Shown here: in pieces, positions 56,421-64,000 of the stretch | How the letters are laid out: every line of letters starts with the position of its first letter | How positions within the stretch are numbered: position 1 is the stretch's first letter | Assembly: GCA_963822945.1 (NCBI GenBank) | Contig: CAWGJO010000020.1 | Span: 893,563 to 957,562, forward strand | Length of the DNA: 64,000 nt | Origin: an uncultured Gemmatimonadaceae bacterium | Lineage (GTDB): Bacteria; Gemmatimonadota; Gemmatimonadetes; Gemmatimonadales; Gemmatimonadaceae | Direction: 5' to 3' | Translations under genes and position numbers: made by a program | Notes under the pieces: generated by a model | Seen by the model: only the letters and a program-made list of their open reading frames with translations | What the model was told of the DNA's origin: nothing | Database searches by the model: none

Positions 56421-58217
56421 TCAGTGCTCCCGTTGCGACTCCGGTTGCAGTTGCGCGACTGCCAACGTCACCCGTCGGTCCTCGCGCATGTGAATGGAAA
56501 GCGTTACGGCGGCACCCACCCTAGGATCAACCGTGAGGTGCACCGGCTGACCGCGGGAGCGGCCACAGACAATCGCACGACCGTCGTCGTCGGTCTTTAC
56601 CGTGCGTGTACGTCCGTCGGAAGGTGACGAGATGAGTACCGCAGCGTCCTTCCGCGGCGCACCACCTGCCAGCACCCAAACCGCGAGAACCCCGCTCGAA
56701 TCGTCGGTCGTGGAGATGTGACACCGGCGTGCGAGAGCGGCTTCTACATCCGGGACCTCGACCGTGACAGGACTCCTTGCTGCGCTGTCGACCTCAATGG
56801 GCGCGAACGCGTTCGTGCCTGCGGATGATGTGTGATTCACGCCCTTTACGAAACTCGCGAGTGACCGCACCGGACGTGCGCCAACCACCTGAATGCCTCC
56901 GGCCCCGGCCAAGGGGCCGAAGACGGCAAGCACCGAGTCCTCTACGGCGAGCAGATAAGGCCCGGGAACGATATCGTCGACGTGAAAGCGCCCCAAGCTG
57001 TCCGTACGAACTGCTCTGTCCGAATTCAGCAATCGGACCACCAAACCTGGGATTGGCCGCCGGGTTTCCCGGTCGACCGCCACCCCGGTGAGCGACGGTA
57101 AGCCGCCGGACCATGTCGTACCGTCTGCCCAGGTCGCCTCCGCCAGGCGCGCGCACCGCTCCGTCAACAGACCGCCCACGGCCCCGATACCACGCCCGTA
57201 CCCAGATCGGTCCCGCTGCGCAAAGATCCCCGCAGCGATTGGAGACCCGGTTCGGATGCACCAGGAGGTCATGAAGGGGACTCCGTTGGCGGCCGTGGCG
57301 AATGTCATCGCTCCGCCGCCGCCGCGTACCGGGATGGCCACGCCCTCTGTGGGGGTGTACGAGAAAGTCAGCCGCCGAAGCTGAGCCGTCGCGGTATCCA
57401 CCCATAGCGTTCCCGAGATATCGACCAGACTATCCCGGCCTGGTGTGGGCTCGAATGCGATGCCGATTTCCCCCGGGTGATCTCCATCGGAGTGAACGGC
57501 GAAGCAGTGGGTCCGAGCGAAGGAATCATCCAGCAGGACGTCTTCATCGGGTCCGTACAGGTCGTACCCGCCGGCTGTGCTGACGCCGTAGCCATGAGCG
57601 GCAAAGAACGACGCCGACTGCCCGGCCGAGAACGCACGCGTTGCTACCGCAGTCGACAAACCGGTGGCTTGGCCCTCCACGTCCGCCGGCCGACTCGCGC
57701 CAAGGCCCAGTGTCCGCGTGAACTTGACGATCCGAAGTACTGCCGGAGTCGCGTCACGCGAGACGACTGCCGCCAGCAAAGCCGCTTGGGCCTGTCGCCA
57801 CATTGCGGCGGCGGCTGCGCGTCCTTCATCGGGCGAGCATGCCGTTCGGTCCCGCACCACGACAGTTGCCAAGTTCCACGCCAACCGGCGAAGCTCGATC
57901 GTGACCTCGCTGTCTCCAGTGGCCACCACCAGGGCTGGTTCATAACCGATTCGGATCACGCGGAGCCGAGCCACTGCGGCCCTAAACGGCGCGAATCCGA
58001 AGCGACCATGCACGTCGGTGAGGGTCCGGCCAAGCACGCTGTCTGCCGGACCAAGCACCATCACCACGGCTCCAGCGACAGGCGTACCCGCCGTCTGATC
58101 GTCGACCGTTCCGCGAAAGCGCTGGGCCCCTGCACCGGCAGGAACGGCGATGAGGCCAAGCACGCCCACGAGCGTCAGCCATCGAAACGGGCGTCGAGGT
58201 GCGAGCACGCCCATCAC
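56421..58217 (-). CDS. Secreted protein with carboxypeptidase-regulatory-like beta-sandwich domains
   Basis: Signal peptide; GTV.D...G.PVAGAVV...TD..GRF..RIGY repeated (TDSLGRF..PGPY, TDDDGR); central F..THCF..DI.GTLWVD region. Confidence 0.8.
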   Translation of the reverse strand: MMGVLAPRRPFRWLTLVGVLGLIAVPAGAGAQRFRGTVDDQTAGTPVAGAVVMVLGPADSVLGRTLTDVHGRFGFAPFRAAVARLRVIRIGYEPALVVATGDSEVTIELRRLAWNLATVVVRDRTACSPDEGRAAAAAMWRQAQAALLAAVVSRDATPAVLRIVKFTRTLGLGASRPADVEGQATGLSTAVATRAFSAGQSASFFAAHGYGVSTAGGYDLYGPDEDVLLDDSFARTHCFAVHSDGDHPGEIGIAFEPTPGRDSLVDISGTLWVDTATAQLRRLTFSYTPTEGVAIPVRGGGGAMTFATAANGVPFMTSWCIRTGSPIAAGIFAQRDRSGYGRGIGAVGGLLTERCARLAEATWADGTTWSGGLPSLTGVAVDRETRRPIPGLVVRLLNSDRAVRTDSLGRFHVDDIVPGPYLLAVEDSVLAVFGPLAGAGGIQVVGARPVRSLASFVKGVNHTSSAGTNAFAPIEVDSAARSPVTVEVPDVEAALARRCHISTTDDSSGVLAVWVLAGGAPRKDAAVLISSPSDGRTRTVKTDDDGRAIVCGRSRGQPVHLTVDPRVGAAVTLSIHMREDRRVTLAVAQLQPESQREH

Positions 58218-58319
58218 TCACCCCCAATGAAGGGCACTACACGTGCAACCAACGCTGCTTGGTCAGAGGGGCGACCGAAATTCGAGCCCCCGCCGCGACT
58301 TCCGTGTTCCATTGGTTCA

Positions 58320-59012
58320 TTACCGTCCCCGAACCGCTGCACGGACGGACCGCCCGTTCTTGACCTCGGTGATGATACCAATAAGCGTGGTATCGGTCAC
58401 CGGGTTCGGGAGGCGCCACCCGTTCACAATGATCGTCGGGGTCGCGTTGACGTCGAGTTCACCTCCGAGACGCTTGCCAATCGCGACGGTCCGGAGTGAA
58501 TCCCCCCGCTGGACACACTTCGCGAATTTCACAGAGTCACGAATTCCAGCGTCCCTGGCATAGTCCGGCCACGACTTGAGGCCGAACGAGTCCTGCTTCT
58601 CGTAGAGCAATTCGTGCATACGCACGAATACCCCCTGGGCCGACGCACATGCACTCGCTCGAGCCGCCGGCATCGCGAAGCGATGTATGCTCAGTGGAAA
58701 ATTGATGAATACTAACGCAATGTCGTTGGGAAACCGCTTCTGAACTGCACGGAACTGTTGGTCGAACGCGCGGCAGAACGGACATTCGTAATCACCAAAT
58801 TCGACCACCTTGACCTCTGCGCCGCTATCGCCGATAACCGGTCCCGCCGCCGTGAGTTCCTTCCAATCAGTCACGGAATCGGGTGCCTGATGTTCTGACA
58901 CGCGGACCTTGGTCGACGTAGGTATGAACGCATTGTGAACGAGAGCGGCAGCTCCGACAACAGCCGCGGCCGTAAGGATCGTAGAAAGCACGCGTTCAAA
59001 GCGGTCTGCCAT
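58320..59012 (-). CDS. Membrane-anchored DsbA-family thiol-disulfide oxidoreductase
   Basis: VEFGDYECPFC, NFPL..H, cis-Pro ATPT..VNG; N-terminal TM; GGAGG RBS. Confidence 0.92.
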   Translation of the reverse strand: MADRFERVLSTILTAAAVVGAAALVHNAFIPTSTKVRVSEHQAPDSVTDWKELTAAGPVIGDSGAEVKVVEFGDYECPFCRAFDQQFRAVQKRFPNDIALVFINFPLSIHRFAMPAARASACASAQGVFVRMHELLYEKQDSFGLKSWPDYARDAGIRDSVKFAKCVQRGDSLRTVAIGKRLGGELDVNATPTIIVNGWRLPNPVTDTTLIGIITEVKNGRSVRAAVRGR

Positions 59013-59069
59013 TGATGCCTCCGTGCGCAGACTGCACTCGTGGTGGTACCCCGGGGCAGCGTCCTCGAC

Positions 59070-59345
59070 TTATACGCCGCAGTCGAGATACGACATGTCT
59101 TGAGATCCGCAGTCCCAGACGTCATTGTCAACACACGAAGCCGGCGGAGTACCGCATTCATCGATGCAGGCTGCGAAGGCACCAAAACTACCGCACGAGT
59201 CGACATAGTCGCACAAGCAACACCCACCGATACATCCGGGGCTTGCCATTGGAGCCGTTCGCACAGAGCGATTCGAGATTAGTGAAGCGCCAACGGTGAA
59301 CATGGCGACGACGATGGCCTTCCTGAGAAGAGAATTGCCTAGCAT
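59070..59345 (-). CDS. 91-aa secreted cysteine-rich peptide (10 Cys)
   Basis: GGAGGT RBS; basic-hydrophobic leader, then an acidic core with 10 Cys; ends 57 nt before dsbA. Confidence 0.75.
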   Translation of the reverse strand: MLGNSLLRKAIVVAMFTVGASLISNRSVRTAPMASPGCIGGCCLCDYVDSCGSFGAFAACIDECGTPPASCVDNDVWDCGSQDMSYLDCGV

Positions 59346-59427
59346 GGGTCCGTTACCTCCGCAGCGAGCCATCTGCAGGCACGCGACCAGCGTCCGCCGT
59401 CGGGCCATAGATGGACTTATGAGGCCA

Positions 59428-59456
59428 CGTATATTGTCACACAATCGGCCTGTCAA
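59428..59456 (-). promoter_or_regulatory. Sigma70-like promoter for the peptide-dsbA operon
   Basis: TTGACA-N17-TATACG on the minus strand, about 80 nt upstream of the peptide start. Confidence 0.45.
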
Positions 59457-59599
59457 GAGCAGATTTGGCCACCGAGCAAGTCTCCCCCGGCAGGGCCTCC
59501 ATGGGGGGCGCGTCCGATCCACAAACGGTCTCCCTAGACGTAGGGGGAAGGTCGAATGCAGCGTTCGCAGATTCGCTCGATCCAGCCCCAATTCCGGAC

Positions 59600-59870
59600 G
59601 CGGAAGCGGCTCCGGCGCGGCCACCGGGACGGGCGCGATTGGGGCAGGCGCGCGGTCGGTCGCTGCGGCCTCTCGGCGCCGGCTGGGTTACCGGCCGTCG
59701 TAGCGCGTCATGACTTGGTGCTTGTTGGGAATGTGCGTAACCAGCTGCGCCAGAAACGGCAGCGGGCCCACCGTCTCGGTGCCGGCCGTGAGCCCGTGGC
59801 GTTGGTCGGCGCCGTCGTACTGCAGGCGCTCGAGCGCCATCGGATTCCGCGCGGAGTAGGGCCTGGGTCC
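59600..59870 (-). pseudogene. IS91-family (Y2) transposase remnant
   Basis: YSARNPMALERLQYD...AGTETVGPLPFLAQLVTHIP.KHQVMTRY.G resembles the Y2 transposase C-terminal region. Confidence 0.7.
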
Positions 59871-60770
59871 CTCGAAGTTGGACCAGCACGACTGGCGGAT
59901 TGGCGGAACGATTGGCTCGCCGTTCGGGACAGTCGACGGCTTCATGGAGCACGGCGGAATCCCCATCCGCACTCTCTCACCGGGCGGGCTCGTTACAAAC
60001 TTGGTTTGTAACCGCCGGGATTGGCTCGCACTCAAGCCGTACCGACTTGCGATGCAACCTATGGCGCCGCACGGACTTCCAATTGGCCCCTCCAAAACAA
60101 CACCGCGAAGTCAGTAGAACCGAGGGGAATTTTCAAGCTTATATAGAAGATTTGAAGAAGCGGAAGGGGCCGGATGCCGATCAGCCGCACCGGGTGACGT
60201 ATCGGAAGTTGGTAAGGGGGTAGCCGTCGAGCCGGCCGTCATGTCGCGGGAGCCATCGCGTATGCGTCAGACGAGACCGTTCCGCGGCCGCCACTGACTG
60301 AGTCGAACGACCGAAAGCATGGGGATGCCTACCCGAGCACTTACGCGCGATGCTCCCGGGAACTTCCCGAAGCCCTGGCCCCAGGGTTCTGCCGCCAGAT
60401 TGCCTACGATTCACTGTGGCGGCAATCGCTGGCCAGGAGGCTGGCGTCCGGACCCAAGCAGTCGAGCTAAGCGGAGCGGAGAGTCAACGGCTGGCGCGCA
60501 TGGGCGAGGATCACGCGCTGTCCGGCTAGAAGTCATTGGTGCTGTAGACCACGAAGCCGCGCGAATTCGCAAATGCGCCTCCCTGCCTCGAGAGGCACCA
60601 AGAGGATGAACGGGGGCCCCGGTACCGTGCGGCCTCCAGGGTCCGGCCGTTCGCGTGGAGCGCATCGCAGCCCGCGTCGTGCCCCGGCACGTGGGCGCGT
60701 ATGTCGGCTCCATGCGATTCCGTCCCTCTGACACGTCGCCAAGTCATAGCTTACATATTGCAGTTCGCTC

Positions 60771-60800
60771 TTGACATCCATCCATGGAAGCTCATAGTGT
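60771..60800 (+). promoter_or_regulatory. Sigma70-like promoter
   Basis: TTGACA-N18-TAGTGT, about 85 nt upstream of ATG 60884. Confidence 0.5.
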
Positions 60801-60883
60801 TGGCGCAGCCGATACTCGCGGCCTGCCAGATGCGTGAAGCAGCCGGGCGACGCGGTGCAGCAACACGACCTACAGAGGCTGCC

Positions 60884-62356
60884 ATGGGAAACTCAAGTGG
60901 TCGGCAACGCGGCACGGCGTGGGCCTTCGCGTTTGCGGCGGTACTTGGCGGGTGCCGCCGGGAGATGCCGCCAGCGCCGCAGCTCGCGAGCGTGCTGCGC
61001 GATGGGGTCACCCAGGCCGAGTCGCTGGCCGTCCAGCGGCAACACGAGGGCGCGACGGGGCACCCATCGCTCTCGACGGAATCGGCGGGAACGTGTACGA
61101 TCGCCTGGAGCGCTCCCGACTCGGTGTCCGGGTGCAACGCGCCGGTCCCGACGGTGGCGCCCGCAGTGCCATGGCTGGTGCATGATGGCGAAGCGCTGGG
61201 ACCCAGCGAGATCGAGCAGCGCGACTCCATCCACATTGGGTTCGGCGTGCCGGTCAAGGGGCTGACGCTCACGAGCACGGGCGCGCTCAACTGCTCGGGG
61301 ACACTCGGGACGTTGATCGGGTATCGGCATGACACCCTGGTCGCCGAGGCGGACAACGCCCTCACCGATCCGGCCGACTGCGGCTCGGATGACGTGACAT
61401 TCGGCGTGACGGGGCAGTTCCCGCCCGACCGTGTCATTGACAGTTTGGTAATCGTAGGCGTGGACCCGTGGACTTTCCCGGTGTTCAACCTCACCGGCCG
61501 GGCGTGGCTGAAGTATACGCTGACTTACGCACCTTTGAACGCCGAGCCGACGTCGGTGGTGATCCAGTCGGTGCATACGGCGAACGGCGGCAGCTTCACC
61601 ACCCTGCCCGATGAACGTACGATCACGATGACGGCGGTAACTGTGCCGGCGTCCCTGGCGGACAGTGTTCATTGGACCGTAACCGACTATGCGGGCGATC
61701 AGGTGCCCTCCATCCCGCCGGACGCTGACTCGCTCGCGCGGGGAGCCACGATCAGTTGGCAGGTGCCGAAGCAGGACAGCGTGCGGTGGCATTCCGTACC
61801 CGTCCCGGCGCAGTTGGCCACAAGGTCTCTGGCCTACCTGATTGTGGCGTCCGTCACCGACGCGACTGGAGCCACCGTGCATTCTGCGCCGGACACGCTC
61901 ACGCAGGATGAGCTCGATACGATGCGGGAAGAGTATGTCGAACTAGTATTGGTTCGCGTACCGCATCGACCTGACTTCGCACCGTATGCGTTGTGTAAGA
62001 TCGGGTGTGTCAACACTGGCGACTATCCGCTGGGGATTGTTAATCCGGTCCTTCAACGCGGTCTCGACTCACTTCAAGCGAGCTGGAGCGGCGCCTGGCA
62101 GGTGAACTCGATCTACCGCAATCCAGTGAACAACAGGTACCACACTCCAGGCTCGGATCCCGCCAGTTGGCACCAATTCGGGTGTGCGGCAGATCTCCAG
62201 ACGTTCCCGGTTCCGCGAAGCAATCATGCCGACAGCGTCGCGGCGATGGACAATTGGACGCAACTGGATCGCCTTGCAAGACAAATGGGGTTCCACGATG
62301 AATCAAGAAATGGCAGCGGCATCGGGCATGTTCACGTGCAACGTCCGTGCCCGTGA
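60884..62356 (+). CDS. Lipoprotein with C-terminal M15-type Zn peptidase domain
   Basis: Lipobox VLGGC; NSIYRNP..N, SWHQFGCAAD, HVH (H-D-H ligands). Confidence 0.75.
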   Translation: MGNSSGRQRGTAWAFAFAAVLGGCRREMPPAPQLASVLRDGVTQAESLAVQRQHEGATGHPSLSTESAGTCTIAWSAPDSVSGCNAPVPTVAPAVPWLVHDGEALGPSEIEQRDSIHIGFGVPVKGLTLTSTGALNCSGTLGTLIGYRHDTLVAEADNALTDPADCGSDDVTFGVTGQFPPDRVIDSLVIVGVDPWTFPVFNLTGRAWLKYTLTYAPLNAEPTSVVIQSVHTANGGSFTTLPDERTITMTAVTVPASLADSVHWTVTDYAGDQVPSIPPDADSLARGATISWQVPKQDSVRWHSVPVPAQLATRSLAYLIVASVTDATGATVHSAPDTLTQDELDTMREEYVELVLVRVPHRPDFAPYALCKIGCVNTGDYPLGIVNPVLQRGLDSLQASWSGAWQVNSIYRNPVNNRYHTPGSDPASWHQFGCAADLQTFPVPRSNHADSVAAMDNWTQLDRLARQMGFHDESRNGSGIGHVHVQRPCP

Positions 62357-62369
62357 AGGAGGATACGGA

Positions 62370-63623
62370 ATGCCAAGAATAACCGGGTTGCTGGTCTTGG
62401 CTGTTGGCGTCGTAGTGTCCGCTCTGGCCAGTCCGATCTCCCTGACGGCTCAAAGTCCCGACTCATTGGTACGGCTCCTCGGCTCTCCCGACTGGCGGGT
62501 CCGATCGTTCGCGCTGCATCGCCTGCCATATCTTCCTGATTCCGCGTTGCCGTCCAGTTATCGGTCCACACTGATCGCACTCTTCAATCAAGAGGCCGTG
62601 ACGCCCGACCCTGCCGCAGGTTCTACGGGGGAAGGCTATGGAGAATACCAAATTCAACTCGTCGATGCCGCCCTCGCACTTCACGATCCCGCTACCCTGC
62701 GGGGTCTCGCTTATCTCGGCGTGCAAGTTGATGAGGCGAGCCAGCGCTTCATCGCCGAGCAAGGGTCCGCATCGCTACCGTACCTCGATGAGGCCTGGAC
62801 GGCGGACTCCGATGCACATTCGGGCATCATGGACACGTGGGCGCTACTGGTTGGCAGGTATAAGGACGGCATCACCGCGCAGGAACGAATCCGCATCCTG
62901 CACCAAATTCTTCAGGCTGCGGCCTCCGAACCGATCGATTTCATTGCTGTAGCCGTGGCGGCCCCGCTGCCGCTTGTCGGTCCGGTGCTCAAGCTATGGA
63001 CAAGTCCGGACACGATCGAGACCCGTAGGAACTACGCCAACCAATCCCTGCAGAAGCTCGAGCCACTCAGGAATCAGCTCTCGCCCGCTCAATTGCATGC
63101 GGACTTGTCCGATTGGCTGCAAGCGATCTGCCTCAACGCGGGAGCTGCCAAGGCGACCGCGTGCGACACGTTGACCCCGCTGCTCGCCGCGGGCCCATCA
63201 AACGGCGGCGCGCTCGAGAAGTTCCAGACGGCGACGGACTTTGCCTTCCAGGACGGCACCTTCACGCCGTTCGAACATGCGTTGCTGTCGGCAAACGCAG
63301 ATAGTTTGCTGCAAGCCGTGCTCGTGAAGCTCCCCACCTGGACACCGGGCGTAGCCTACGCCGTGGGTGACTCGGCGTCGTACAACGGCCTCTACTACCA
63401 GTGTCGGCAGGCCCACACCGCGCAGGTAGGCTGGGAACCGCCCAAGGTATATGCGCTCTGGTACCGCATCGCGGCCGGCGAGACCTGGGCCCCGCAGGTG
63501 ATGTACAGCCTTGGCGACGAGGTGGTGTACCAGAGCGTCCGTTACCGCGCGATTCAAGCGCATCAGTCCCAGCTTGGCTGGGAGCCACCGAACGTGCCGG
63601 CGCTGTGGACACGGGTCCAGTGA
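62370..63623 (+). CDS. Secreted helical protein with two C-terminal CBM5/12 (ChtBD3-like) modules
   Basis: AAGGAGG RBS, signal peptide; W.PGVAYAVGD..SYNG..YQCRQAHT..GWEPP...ALW present twice. Confidence 0.8.
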   Translation: MPRITGLLVLAVGVVVSALASPISLTAQSPDSLVRLLGSPDWRVRSFALHRLPYLPDSALPSSYRSTLIALFNQEAVTPDPAAGSTGEGYGEYQIQLVDAALALHDPATLRGLAYLGVQVDEASQRFIAEQGSASLPYLDEAWTADSDAHSGIMDTWALLVGRYKDGITAQERIRILHQILQAAASEPIDFIAVAVAAPLPLVGPVLKLWTSPDTIETRRNYANQSLQKLEPLRNQLSPAQLHADLSDWLQAICLNAGAAKATACDTLTPLLAAGPSNGGALEKFQTATDFAFQDGTFTPFEHALLSANADSLLQAVLVKLPTWTPGVAYAVGDSASYNGLYYQCRQAHTAQVGWEPPKVYALWYRIAAGETWAPQVMYSLGDEVVYQSVRYRAIQAHQSQLGWEPPNVPALWTRVQ

Positions 63624-63647
63624 CGGCAAACGGCCCGGCGCGGTGCA

Positions 63648-63860
63648 CACGCCCAAGCGATGCAGCGTCGGCGTCTCGAGTAGCCTAAACGCCAGACTCG
63701 CCGCGGCCGATTCGTTCACCAGCCGCAACTCGCGATACGGAAGGTCCCGCGCACGCTTCGCCGCCGCGTAGATCGGCTGCGCCTAAGCCGGATGGAGTTT
63801 CCGTCACCATCTCGGGTCGGCCGGCTTGGCGAGGTAGCTCACCACGGCCCCCTCCATGCA
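63648..63860 (-). pseudogene. IS256-family transposase remnant
   Basis: VVSYLAK...W*RKL...Y.AAKRA...RELRLVNESAAASL...ETPTLHRLGV with in-frame stops. Confidence 0.6.
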
Positions 63861-64000
63861 ATGTGGACCAAGGCGACTGGCGGAGTGGCGGAGGCATTGA
63901 GGTGATTCACCGAGTCGGAACCGAGCTCTGGAGGAAGGCGGTCGATGCGGATGAGCTGATTCAACGAGGCCCCAATTGTGGTCGTGCGTCGTGTGGTCGG

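Larger units (their letters stand above)
51365..60223. mobile_element. Genomic island bounded by direct repeats of the ettA 3' end (51365-51467 and 60121-60223)
   Basis: 103-bp direct repeat, 94/103 identical; cargo is less GC-rich and has IS debris; no integrase seen. Confidence 0.75.

Noticed and set aside
59540..59559. Second degenerate oriIS (GCATTCGACCTTCCCCCTAC, minus strand)
   Set aside because: Match to the remembered consensus is too weak to call without an alignment
51468..64000. Integrase, prophage or defence-system genes in the island
   Set aside because: No tyrosine/serine integrase, phage structural, RT, nuclease or NTPase motifs recognised

Overview
GC-rich bacterial DNA. The gene repertoire (orphan duplicated ABC permease, carboxypeptidase-regulatory-domain proteins, HEAT/HD-GYP pair) suggests a Gemmatimonadota/Acidobacteriota-like host, which is an inference. 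There are three zones. (1) About 1-21.6 kb: a surface-polysaccharide locus, visibly less GC-rich up to ~19.6 kb. It holds a legionaminic-acid-type nonulosonate pathway (aminotransferase, acetyltransferase, NeuB, NeuC, CBS-nucleotidyltransferase), wzx/wzy/wzz, a candidate nonulosonate transferase, a Tat beta-helix protein, an AsnB-like amidotransferase, GT2, a WecA-type transferase, an LpxD-like acyltransferase, a PIG-L deacetylase and a CapD-type dehydratase. Many of these genes are split by single-base indels, probably sequencing error. (2) About 21.6-51.5 kb: core-like genes (GGDEF-EAL, RelE/RHH toxin-antitoxin pair, tkt, HEAT + HD-GYP, VIT-vWA + ECF sigma + anti-sigma, metalloprotease, BNR protein, fabI, cardiolipin synthase, PAP2, 2H phosphoesterase, PLP decarboxylase, TlpA/CcdA, ettA). 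These are interspersed with strand-polarised short tandem repeats, some inside reading frames. (3) About 51.5-64 kb: accessory DNA, whose first 8.65 kb is bounded by a 103-bp duplication of the ettA 3' end. That segment carries a 10-Cys secreted peptide + DsbA + secreted protein + orphan permease cassette, IS91-like scars, and an intact IS1111-type IS110 element whose non-coding right end contains readable guide matches to its own target and donor junctions. Beyond the duplication lie an M15 peptidase lipoprotein/CBM protein pair and an IS256 scar. Product calls rest on motif recognition by eye; no database searches were run.
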